Assembly (NCBI GenBank): GCA_038496445.1
Contig: JALMLS010000500.1
Location: 1-64,000, forward strand
Length of the DNA: 64,000 nucleotides
Reading direction: 5' to 3'
Source: Trichosphaerium sp. ATCC 40318
Taxonomy: Eukaryota > Protista > Tubulinea
Shown: in pieces, positions 1 to 10,553 of the stretch
Layout: each line of letters starts with the position of its first letter
Numbering within the stretch: position 1 is the first letter of the stretch
Made by a program: the position numbers and the translations under genes
The notes under the pieces: generated by a model
What the model saw: the letters and a program-made list of their open reading frames with translations, nothing else
Told to the model about the DNA's origin: nothing
Database searches by the model: none

Positions 1-54
1 TATGTTGTAGTGACTAAGAAACGGTTCCTTAGTGGTTTCTTATGTTATATGTAG

Positions 55-466
55 TTTGCAGCTGTATGGTACTGAAGCTCGCTATTCAGAGCTACGTCAA
101 AAGCTTGTGAAACACATTTTGGCAAACAAAGTAAAATATGCTTGTAAGTTATTTTGAACTAATAATGTAAACTTACTATCCTTAGTTCAGTTCTCGGTTC
201 CTGAAGACATTTATATGCAGTCTGCTGAAACGTATGCAGAATATATGAAGATTGATGGAAATTGGGGAGAGCATCTTGCATTGGTTGGATTAGCTGATGT
301 AAGTCAATTGTATTTGATTTTGTAGTAACAAGTTGTGTAGCTTTTTAAGTTTAATATAACAATATTTTCTCTGAGTGGCCTGTATAGTTTTGGAGCAGGA
401 ACAGGAACTTGGCTTTTGTGTTATTACGGAAATAATCACTATGCATCTGTAAGAAAGATAAAGTAA
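55..466 (+). CDS. OTU-family cysteine protease/deubiquitinase, 3' part (5' end outside window); exons 55-143, 186-298, 341-466
   Basis: Spliced translation LQLYGTEARYSELRQKLVKHILANKVKYA-FQFSVPEDIYMQSAETYAEYMKIDGNWGEHLALVGLAD-LFKFNITIFSL...LLCYYGNNHYASV* carries the OTU QLYG..LR, Y..M...G.WG and terminal HY motifs. GT-AG introns keep the frame. Confidence 0.8.
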
Positions 467-742
467 TAATTGTATTTTAATTGTACAATATAAAATGTTT
501 TATTTGTATTTAATTACAACTGACACAATATAAGCCATGTTAACAAATTTGTAAATTCTATAACCTTAAACAATAAATTGAAATAAGTTAAAATTAGGTA
601 AGTATGAAACCAACATACAATTAAAAAACATTATAAAATTGATTAAGTCCAAATCTGCTTATTTTATAATTGTATCCTTAAATCAACATAAAGGTACTAA
701 TATATTTTTATAATCTAAATTTCTACTGTAACACAAGCCTTT

Positions 743-961
743 ACCCTAATTCTATTTAGGGTTGTAAACCTAACCCTAGCCCTAGTCAATATTCATTAGG
801 GTTGTAAACCTAACCCTAGCCCTAGTCAATATTCATTAGGGTTGTAAACCTAACCCTAGCCCTAAAGCAAATTTGCAATTACCAGCCATAACCCTAGCCC
901 TAAAAATGTAAAATAACGATTAGGGTATACCCTAGAAGCCAATTAGAGGTTAGGGTTAGGG
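743..961. repeat. Degenerate interstitial telomere-like repeats in both orientations (left flank of foldback)
   Basis: Multiple CCCTAA/CCCTAG then TTAGGG hexamers, including the perfect palindrome TAGGGTATACCCTA at 921-934. Confidence 0.8.
756..863. repeat. 40-bp tandem repeat (~2.7 copies) built from telomere-like TTAGGG/CCCTAA variants
   Basis: Unit GTTGTAAACCTAACCCTAGCCCTAGTCAATATTCATTAGG repeats with exact 40-bp period. Confidence 0.9.
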
Positions 962-1029
962 ATCTATGCTGTTGCTAAACAGCATGTAGGCAACGTATGT
1001 TGCCGATACTTATACATATAGTATTATGT

Positions 1030-1790
1030 AACAGTGCAAAGCACTGTGTAGAAATATATTGCAAAGCGATATATTATAGGGTCACAACGACAACATTCTG
1101 TAGCGAAGCGGCAAAAAAGCGAAAAACTCATAGAATCCAACAATTTGTAGCGAAGCGGCACGCATGCGGGACCTAAAGTGGAATGCATTATGTAGCGAAG
1201 CAGTAGGCATGCAGAGATTATGGTGGAATGCATTCTGAAGCGAAGCGCCATATTACAAAACCTAATGCGAAAAAAAAATTAAAAGAATCTAAGATACTGT
1301 AGCGAAGCGGTGCGCATGTGACACCTAATATCGGATGCATTATTCAGCGAAGCGGCACATATGCGGTGCCTAAAGTGGAATGCATTCTGAAGCGAAGCGC
1401 TTCATGCGAAAAAAATGAAGAAATCCAAGATATTGTAGTGAAACAACAATATGATACCTAAAGTGGAATGCATTATTTAGCGAAGCGGTACATGCATAAA
1501 CCTCAAAGTGGAATGCATTTTGAAGCGAAGCGCTTTATGCAAAAAAATGAGAAAATCCAAAATATTGTATGAAACAAAAATTGTAACATTTAAAAGTGGA
1601 ATGCATTATTTAGCGAAGCGGTACATATACAAACCTCACAGTGGAATGCATTCTGAAGCGAAGCGCTTCATGTGGAAAAATGAGGAAATCCAAAATATTA
1701 TAATGAAACAAAACAAATTGCAACTATTAAAGTGGAATGCATTATTCAGCGAAGCGGTATGATAGTGGATAAGATTATGTAGCAAAGCTA
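1030..1790 (+). repeat. ~45-bp satellite-like array with 3-monomer (~133-150 bp) higher-order structure, left arm
   Basis: Core GTGGAATGCATT(A/C)T..AGCGAAGCG. Perfect GCGAAGC at about 1103, 1150, 1195, 1240, 1302, 1347, 1392, 1480, 1525, 1613, 1658 and 1749. Confidence 0.9.
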
Positions 1791-2129
1791 CATATTGAAA
1801 TATGTAATATAATAATACCAATAATAGTGTAACCTTAAAAATCCCTAAAACAAAGGAATTTAGTGGGATTTATATCCAAAATCCCGTTTTCATTTTACCA
1901 CTGCATACATTGACTTGTTGTATTATTAAAAAGCAAAAATAAACCCATCAAAAACACATATATGCCTGTACACGATAAAGCAATAGCTAGCATTGATACA
2001 CATAGAATATGTCCTCAAATGCTTTGCTATGGCGACCTATCGTGACATGCGTATACATGTGCGACGAGGTTCAACGAAAAACTTTCAAAGAAAAATTAGG
2101 GATTTAAAAAAACCCTTTAAAATCAAAAA

Positions 2130-2180
2130 AACCCCTTTCATTAGGCTTTATTTAATTAATAAAGCCTAATGGAAGGGGTT
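2130..2180. repeat. Near-perfect ~23-bp-stem hairpin in the foldback core
   Basis: AACCCCTTTCATTAGGCTTTATT-TAATT-AATAAAGCCTAATGGAAGGGGTT, one mismatch. Confidence 0.85.
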
Positions 2181-2463
2181 AAAAAAAAAAAGGAGGAAGT
2201 TGGTACCTTTTTTCTGCTTGGGTATTCTCCTAGCATTTATAGGCTTTTCAGAGCCCTTAGATGTAGGAGAGTCTTCTGTGTTGTTGCTCATCCTGTGTTT
2301 TGATAAAGTCAAACTAAGACAATATCACGTGACGGCGATTGAATCACACATGCATATGTATGTCAATACCAGAGAACACCTACGTTCTTTGAAATTGATT
2401 AATAATTATAAAAAAAAAAAAAGTGTACATACATTGTTATTTATCAAATAATAAATAAACATG

Positions 2464-2620
2464 CACTTTAGTTTTATTATGTCAATTTCATTGAATCTCT
2501 TCAAAGTTTTTATAATTCAAACATACACTTTAGTTTTATCAAGGCTATTTCACTGAATCTGCTTAAAGTCTTTGTAATTCAAACAAACACTTTAGTTTCA
2601 TGCACAATTTCAAACATGCA
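2464..2620. repeat. ~62-bp degenerate tandem repeat (2.5 copies)
   Basis: CACTTTAGTTT...ATTTCA.TGAATCT..T.AAAGT.TTT.TAATTCAAACA recurs at about 2464, 2526 and 2588. Confidence 0.75.
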
Positions 2621-2819
2621 ATTGACATTGTTGATGACAATTGTGTATGTGGACAATAGTAAGAAAATAATGAGAAAAATGCAAAATTATGACAAGAACT
2701 AATCTTTATGACCCTTGTAACATACGAAAATTCCTACATGCAATAGCATGTGGCAAAATTAGCTCGAAACGTTACTAACAAGCAAATGTAAGGTTTGAAA
2801 AAAAAAATAGTAGCAGACT

Positions 2820-2941
2820 CCTAAACCCTAACCCTACGTTTTTCCCTAGCCCTAACCCTAGCAATTGAACATCGATTTTAGGGTTTGGGTTAGTTTACAT
2901 TAGGGCTTTGCCCTAATTGTGATTAGGGTTAGGGTTGGGTT
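2820..2941. repeat. Internal block of telomere-like repeats, CCCTAA run followed by TTAGGG run
   Basis: CCTAAACCCTAACCCTA...CCCTAGCCCTAACCCTAG, then TTTAGGGTTTGGGTTAG...TTAGGGTTAGGGTTGGGTT. Confidence 0.8.
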
Positions 2942-3172
2942 ACACGAAATTCTGTTTTGATTTGACTTTTACACACATAAAACTCCTTTAAGGTTTTATA
3001 TTTATACTCTATGTTATTGTAACGTTATACTTGACATTATTTTACTTACATTTATACTTTTTAATATATTTGTACTTTTTTACTTTAATATTACACAACC
3101 ATTTATATTATATTATTGTATTTTTTATGGTTACACTATTATTGGTATTATTATATTACATATTTCAATATG

Positions 3173-3933
3173 TAGCTTTGCTACATAATCTTATCCACTA
3201 TCATACCGCTTCGCTGAATAATGCATTCCACTTTAATAGTTGCAATTTGTTTTGTTTCATTATAATATTTTGGATTTCCTCATTTTTCAACATGAAGCGC
3301 TTCGCTTCAGAATGCATTCCACTGTGAGGTTTGTATATGTACCGCTTCGCTAAATAATGCATTTCACTTTTAAATGTTACAATTTTTGTTTCATACAATA
3401 TTTTGGATTTTCTCATTTTTTTGCATAAAGCACTTCGCTTCAAAATGCATTCCACTTTGAGGTTTATGCATGTACCGCTTCGTTAAATAATGCATTCCAC
3501 TTTAGGTATCATATTGTTGTTTCACTACAATATCTTGGATTTCTTCATTTTTTTCGCATGAAGCGCTTCGCTTCAGAATGCATTCCACTTTAGGCACCGC
3601 ATATATGCCGCTTCGCTGAATAATGCATCCGATATTAGGTGTCACATGCGCACCGCTTCGCTACAGTATCTTAGATTCTTTTAATTTTTTTTTCGCATTA
3701 GGTTTTGTAATATGGCGCTTCGCTTCAGAATGCATTCCACCATAATCTCTGCATGCCTACTGCTTCGCTACATAATGCATTCCACTTTAGGTCCCGCATG
3801 CGTGCCGCTTCGCTACAAATTGTTGAATTCTATGAGTTTTTCGCTTTTTTGCTGCTTCGCTACAGAATGTTGTCGTTGTGACCCTATAATATATTGCTTT
3901 GCGATATATTTCTACACAGTGCTTCGCACTGTT
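3173..3933 (-). repeat. ~45-bp satellite-like array, right arm (inverted copy)
   Basis: CGCTTCGCT...AATGCATTCCAC units mirror the left arm. Confidence 0.9.
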
Positions 3934-4001
3934 ACATAGTACTATATGTATAAGTATCGGCAACGTACGTTGCCTACATGCTGTTTAGCAACAGCATAGA
4001 T

Positions 4002-4268
4002 CCTAACCCCTAACCCTTAACCCTAATTGGCTTCTAGGGTATAACCCTAATCGTTTTTATCATTGACTAAGGTTTTAAGCTTTGAATAAAGAGTCCAAAG
4101 ATTAGGGTTAGGGTTAGGTTCGTAACCCTAAGTAAAATTAGGGTAGGGCTTAAGATCTGTGAGTGCTTTGCAAACCATAGCTACAATTAGGGTTAGGGTT
4201 ATAACCCTATGTTATATTAGGGTTAGGGTTATGTTAAATTCTACCATTTAGGGCTAGGGGTTAGGGTT
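4002..4268. repeat. Degenerate telomere-like repeats (right flank of foldback)
   Basis: CCCTAA-type then repeated TTAGGGTTAGGG, with palindrome TAGGGTTATAACCCTA near 4194-4209. Confidence 0.8.
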
Positions 4269-4426
4269 GTAGCTGTATGTTTGAGTTTGGTTAATACTTG
4301 GAAAATAGTGTTTTATACAACTTGCAATTAACTTTTGCTTGGTTTTTTTATGAGATTGTTGTATTTTCAAGCTTATGCATTCATATTATACTTTGTATAT
4401 TCTTTTTATAGTTTACAATCACTTAA

Positions 4427-5066
4427 GGGCGTCATCTCAGATTAGTGTTTACTAAATTGTACATGCTTTGATTTACTTTAAACTTTTGCCACACTACAAA
4501 CACGTGTATACACAGCTCTGTGTAAAAAATTGGCTTCGAATATGAACTTCGAGCATTATGATGTGCTTTTTTTTAGCAGTTTTTTTTATCTCAATTGTAC
4601 ATCCTCAGATTTTCCTTAAACTTTATATTCAAAGTCTACACACATATTTAAGGTGTTTATGGCAATATGAGCTTCGAATATAAGGTTTAGGGATTGAATT
4701 TTTCTTATTTTGGAAAGTAAATCTTAATTTAGTATTTTTTCTTTTTTGCACAGGCTTGAATTTGCTTAATACGCTGGTATACGGTTAATGTATGTGTGCT
4801 AAGTGCAGTCATCAAAAATGAACTTCAAATACAGGTTTTGTCTTTAGTAATAATGTAAAATAGCCTAAAATGTGTTTATATGATAGTAAAACGCGTTTTA
4901 GACACTTTTCGGTTTTGGCACATCAGTTTAAGCAGTTTTTTTTTTCAATTTTTCAAAGGCGACCTGTGTTGCTCTAAATCGCTATGGAGGATGCCTTGTG
5001 TGTCTGGAATGTATTGTGTAAAAAGTAGCAAATTCTGTACGCTGGGTCTAATCTGAGAGGACGCCC
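4427..5066. mobile_element. 640-bp non-autonomous DNA transposon (MITE) with 19-bp TIRs and TTAA target-site duplication; Kolobok-like ends
   Basis: TTAA|GGGCGTCATCTCAGATTAG (4427-4445) ... CTAATCTGAGAGGACGCCC|TTAA (5048-5066), 18/19 match. No ORF inside. Confidence 0.85.
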
Positions 5067-5402
5067 TTAATTTACAAATAAACTAATAATGTTAATTGGT
5101 ATTTATGTAATTAAATTATATTTGTAATTTTAACTAATATTGAACACATTTATTATATTAAGCATAAACCTTTATTGCATGAAATAACACTATCGCTTGT
5201 AAGAATATTGCATTAGGGTTAGGTTTTATTATGTATTTGTGTGCTTTTGGTACAATTTTTTGGAAAAAGCACACTATTGTAAGCATATAACATTCATAAT
5301 GCAGTACAAGAATTTGTAGTAACACGACCATTTTGTATATGTTTTATTTTTAATTGCATTTATGAATAACAATTGGATTATGTTATAAACATTGGTTTAG
5401 GT

Positions 5403-8299
5403 TTACAAACGGGTTGCATCAGCACCAAACAATTTGGATGACACCCAATCAGACACATAAGTTAAACGCATTTGTACACCAACCATGTTGCTACAAGGCA
5501 TGTTAGTATAAGGGCACATACAATTACAACTACAATTAAATATACCTGTATAGAGTGCAACGCCATAACCACCAAGCGCCAGGACCATTAATAATTGCTG
5601 TTGACTTGGAGCCACGCTCAACAAAGCCGTCCTCTGCGCCTACATATTCGTAACCGCCAATGTGTTTGTAGCGGAAACCACTCCTGTAAGGATGGATGTT
5701 TAGTAAAAACAAAATTGAACGCAAAATGAAACCAAGAGTGTAGGTACCTTTCTTCACTAGGCAAATCAAATTCGTCCTTGTTGAAAGCTTGAGCCAAGAA
5801 TTTACCTTCTTGAGCAGCGACTGCAGCTGTAGTAGGCAAGCGCGTCAAGCGTCTATCAACTATCTTCAAAATTTCTTTCAATTCATCAATTTCTAATTGA
5901 CCATCCTACGGGGTTTTTGTTTAGTGTACCTACATTCTACAAAACACATTTAAAACATACCTTGTTGGCATCAGCCAACTCAAACAACTCATTTGCCTCC
6001 TTACCAATTTCAAGAAGAGCCGGGAATTGTCTTAAGGGCAGTAGTTAATAACAAGTCAATACCTTTTGTTGTTTTGAAGTGAAAAAATTAATTACCTTCC
6101 AAGTGTCTGTATAAGCTCACGGAATTCAGATGGCGAAACGACACCATCACCATTAACATCCAATTTTTGAAAGATTTTTTCCCACCGCTGAACAAGTGCT
6201 CCCTACGTTTAAATACCAGCATTAGCATATCATATTTTGAAAGCACCGAGTAACCATACTTGATCGATTGTAGCACAATCACCCATTGCATAGACATCCT
6301 TTGCACCTTTTACTACAAGGTCAGGGCCAACAACAAGCGCTTGCCCATTTGTTTGCACTATAGAGAACGTATTAACCAAAAAATACAGTAAGGGGTTTAC
6401 TCTACAGAAATATAAAAAAATACACGTACCATCTTTGCCTATCTTGTTAGCCAGTGTTTGAGCGAGTGGGTGCATCATGCGGCCTCTTGACCATACCGCC
6501 AAGGTGTAATTGACCTAAACAAGAACACTTAAATTTTGTCTCACAGGTAACCAAATAATTGATAGCTATCGTACTGGATCAGCAGCATCGTGATCGTCAT
6601 CCTTCTTAAATGTAATTTTGTTCGAATCGATATTATCAATAGATGATCTGATGACATTTATATCACGCTCACGTAGGAAGGCTGCTCTTGCCCCTGCATT
6701 TTCAAATTAACAAACAGCATTCGAAAGAAAAAGTAAATATGTACATCTGGTAATGTTGCTGTCGTAGATATTGTTTATGTGATCCTTGGATGAAACTAGC
6801 GTAACTTGTATATCATCGGCTACTTCTGGATAACTAGATACCAACTCTCGCTTACTGTAATCTAATTAAATAATAAGCAACATGGTTTTTTTTTTCCTTT
6901 TGTGATGTTGTTTGTTGCAAATAGCCAAAGATTTGTTGTACCATACAAAGCAGCAGCAAGTTCCATTGCGATTGGACTACCACCAATTACTACAAAATTT
7001 AATAGCTCCTTGCGCTTCTCTTCTGACACACCAGGCATACTGGCTCGCTCCAGACAATCAATCAACTTATTACGCACTGCAACACCATCTAAAGGAAGCT
7101 GTTACAAACTACGCACTGTGACATAAATGCAGGACGTACGTTGAATATCATGGTATGGGAAAGTGAACTTCTCGGCACCTTTAACACCTTTTTGACTAGA
7201 TCCAGCGCCAATAGCAACAATAAGCTTATCGTATTCAACTTCAACATTTTCGCTTGAGCACAATCCTTAAACCACGTAAACAGAAACACGGATTGAAACA
7301 AAAATAGCCAACAAAAAAAAAAAAAGATCGGCAAACAATATTCGAAAAAAACTTCTCGCTGTTACCACACCTTCACAACGAATCTTGTGGCCTTCTGTAT
7401 CAATTCCAATGCAAGATGCCTCCAAAAATGTGCAAGGTTTATTTTGCCTGTTGCTGAAGCGCCTAATAGGTTCTGTAATACTACAAGCAAATTAGTTTAT
7501 CATTACACAAACAACTAAGGTAAACACAGGAATGCTAACAGCCAGATAATAATAAAAATGAACGAAATGAAGTGACAAAACCGACTGAAGCGTACGTGTC
7601 TGCGTGAACCGCGCCAACAATAGTTTCAGACAACAGAGGACTCCAAAGGAAGTAGTTGCGAGGTGACACAATAGTCACATCGTATTTGTACGGGTTTAAC
7701 CTAACCCAAAATTAAGTTTCATAATGGCATGTAGTGTAAAATGGAACCAAAGTGTATTAAAAAACGCCAACAGATATTTTTCGGACAGTTTCGATAAAAA
7801 GGTAAAAAAACCGCTCATCACACTAAGATTGCGAAGTGCACAATGCGTACCACGTCAACATTGACAATGCAGCCCACCCCGAGCCAAGAATAACAATCCG
7901 TTGCTTTGTTTCAACTCCTTCAGCCTCCATTTGAGCGCGATAATCTATGCAAGCATTAACAAGGCACATGAGAGCGAGCAAAAAGCACAGCCAGCGAAAA
8001 AAACTGTCCGTTTAAAAAAAAAACAAACCGCACCATCCCACCATTCCGACGCGAAATATAGTCCCAAACCAGCGGCGGCAAGTACAGCGCATGTAACGTT
8101 CCTTCTGGTCGCTTGTTGGTGCCTCCTTTTTTTCAAATTGTCAATTTTTGAGTTTTGAGTGTATCGAAAGCCTTCATATTGCGTACTTGAAGTACTCGGT
8201 GTGAGAAACCGACGACTTAGTCCGTGTATACTTTTTGCGCTGTCGTGTGGTCCTAACTCCGAGTTGTCTAGTGGAGTATTGTAGAGCCTTGCTAAACAT
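5403..8299 (-). CDS. Mitochondrial type II (alternative) NAD(P)H dehydrogenase with EF-hands, NDB-like; multi-exon
   Basis: Basic N-terminal presequence MFSKALQYSTRQ. Motifs RIVILGSGWAA, SPRNYFLWSPLL, VYAMGDCAT, EF-hand ELDVNGDGVVSPSEF, LPTTAAVAAQEG, FRYKHIG and C-terminal KLFGADATRL. Confidence 0.92.
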
Positions 8300-8418
8300 C
8301 CTGTTTTGTCGTTTTCAACGCTACACGAAAAGAAAAAAAAAAAGAGCAGGCAAAAAAAAAAAAACTGAGCGCTCGGTCAAAATAAGTTTAACGCATAGCC
8401 ACAGCAAAAAAACCCAAC
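8300..8418. promoter_or_regulatory. Putative bidirectional promoter between NDH2 and ATP synthase gamma
   Basis: Divergent ATGs are 119 bp apart, with poly(dA) tracts between them. Confidence 0.65.
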
Positions 8419-10106
8419 ATGTTGAACCGCGCTGTTTTCGCACGCCCTGTTGTTCAAAAGTACGCACTCGAATCAGAGATTATTTAGCGTTTGGGCTTCA
8501 ATAATCCTCAATTATAACTTAGGAATGCTAATCAACCTCGCGTTGCCCAACGTGCTTACCCTGGAGGAAAGGGCGAACTCAAACAAGGTTAGATAAATAA
8601 TTTCAAAAAAACCAACCCCACAACTCACTCGCCTACCTAACTTGCGTATATTTTAGTTAGTTTGAGACGTGCTGGTTGTCGTATGGTAAAGAAAATCACA
8701 GGCACCATGAAATTGGTAGCTGCAGCGAAAGCTAGAACCCTGGAAAACGAAGCAAAGCATGCCACACCTTTCTTCACTGGTCTATTCAAGGTTGTTGAAG
8801 AAAATATCAAAGACGGTACGCTGCTATTATTTAGCGTCCAAAACAGTTCAAACGCCTTGCATTGTACTTTGTAGTTAATTGACTCGCTTTAGAGCTTGCA
8901 AAGAAGAGCGGTAAAGCTGAGGAAGTTAAACGCGTTCACTTGTACTTTGGTACTGATAAGGGTTTGTGTGGTCCTATCAACACACAGCTTACCAGAGCAC
9001 TTCTCAAGGAAAAAGGTTGGTGTAGTGGTTGACGTTGTTTTTTTTTTTCTCTTTTTTCTTTTTCTCTCTTTTAGAGTACAAATGGTCAGTTTTTACACCT
9101 CAATTCAAACAATTCATAAGCTAATTGTTGCTAGAAATCATTGAAGGTGACGAAATGATTTCTGTTGGTGAAAAGGGTTTTTCTGCAATGACCGCCAACC
9201 TCAAAGTGTTCAATCCACAATTAACCTTCCATCAAACTGGTACGCTAAATACAATTTTTTATCCCGTTATTTGATTTTTTGGAACGCATGTGTTGTACCG
9301 CTTTTATTTCTCCCATTCTACAAGGGCTCACATGGTGTTAGGAAGAAAGGATACTAGCTTCACTGAGTTGGGTGTCATGTCAGATGTAATAATGGAGACT
9401 ATGGTAAGTTAGACTAGCGGCAAAAAAAAAAACCAAAAAGGCTTACCGTTTTCTACTCTTAGGAATACGATGTATTGACAATCTGGTATAACAAGTTCAT
9501 TAACGCTGCATCTTACAAAGTTTCTGCAATTAATGTACCTTCCTTCAAGTACATGACACAAGGCAACATACGCGTGCGTAAAATTCGTTGTTTTTTTTTT
9601 TTTGACAGTGTTTTTACTTTGCGTTAATTGTTTTATAACTAATTTCGATGTAGTCCAAGTGCCTCAAAGATTTTGATCGTGATGACGGTGATGTCAACAA
9701 CAACGACTTGCGCGATTTGGTTGAATTTATGACAGCCACCGCCCTCAACCAAGCATACAAGTATGTTTTATGCATCTTTTGTTATAACCCAAATAATCTA
9801 AACCAACCCTCGAACCGTGAAATGCCCTGCTAACAGCTTTTTTCAGACAAACACTTGCTTCTGAGATGGCCTCTCGTCAAGCTGCTATGGAGAACGCCAC
9901 CAAGGTACTTTTTTTGTTTTTTGTTGTGTCTTGTTTTATTTGAACGTGTCTTAAACTTACACTCCTTCTCTTAGAATGCCGATGAGCTCATTAGAAAACT
10001 CAACCTTAAATTTAACCAAATTCGTCAGAATATTATTACAACTGAGTTGGTAGAAATTACTTCAGGCGCCAAGGTTATTAAAGCCAGGAAGGAAGACGCT
10101 GCTTAA
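8419..10106 (+). CDS. ATP5F1C: Mitochondrial F1 ATP synthase gamma subunit; multi-exon
   Basis: Motifs [41 protein letters not shown] and [19 protein letters not shown]. Confidence 0.95.
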
Positions 10107-10553
10107 TTGCTTAATACTGGACTTTTACCTTGTATCTTCTTTGTATTCAACACATTGTTATTTTTTTGGTTGCATTACCACGCAACGTGTTTCATGTAGT
10201 GCCATGTGTGGTAAACGGTATTCAGTAAAAAAAAAACCAGCCTCTTAGCCTTAAAAACCCTTGCCTTTGTTTTGTTTTTACTGTTTTTTGTTTATTAGTA
10301 TCTACGTATATACAACACTGTACAACAAAGTATAACTACAGGCTTGTCTAAACGCATGCCACTCTTATTCAAAAACAGGCCATGTGATTCTGTCACTTTT
10401 TCTGCGGCCACTTTTTTTTTTGTTCACGTGTTTTCCTATCGTTTTTATTTTGTTGTTGTTTAGAAATCCTCCTTAACAAACCTCTCAGGGCGTTAGAAAA
10501 CGTCCAAAAAAGATTAAAAAAGGTTGAATACTTGGTATTAGGCTAATTGGTAC

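Larger units (their letters stand above)
915..4054. mobile_element. Foldback-type structure: ~920-bp inverted arms (915-1834 and 3129-4054) around a ~1.3 kb non-repeated core; no transposase seen
   Basis: Right arm is the reverse complement of the left with about 12 substitutions by eye. The ORF track shows mirrored ORF pairs (1024-1251/3712-3939, 1508-1762/3201-3455). Confidence 0.75.

Noticed and set aside
1030-1790. CRISPR-like repeat-spacer array
   Set aside because: The intervening segments are related to each other with 3-unit periodicity, the repeats are degenerate, no cas genes are present and the context is eukaryotic.
3200-3860. CENP-B box in the array
   Set aside because: Only the TTCG part matches; the essential CGGG half is absent.
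1024-3939. ORFs in the inverted arms as real proteins
   Set aside because: They are short, mirrored translations of the satellite, with overlapping frames on both strands and no domain features.
915-4054. Inverted repeat as an assembly or chimeric-read artefact
   Set aside because: The arms differ by biased substitutions and enclose 1.3 kb of unique sequence. Long-read confirmation is still advisable.
4423-5070. piggyBac assignment for the MITE
   Set aside because: The termini are GGG...CCC, opposite to the piggyBac CCY...RGG pattern.
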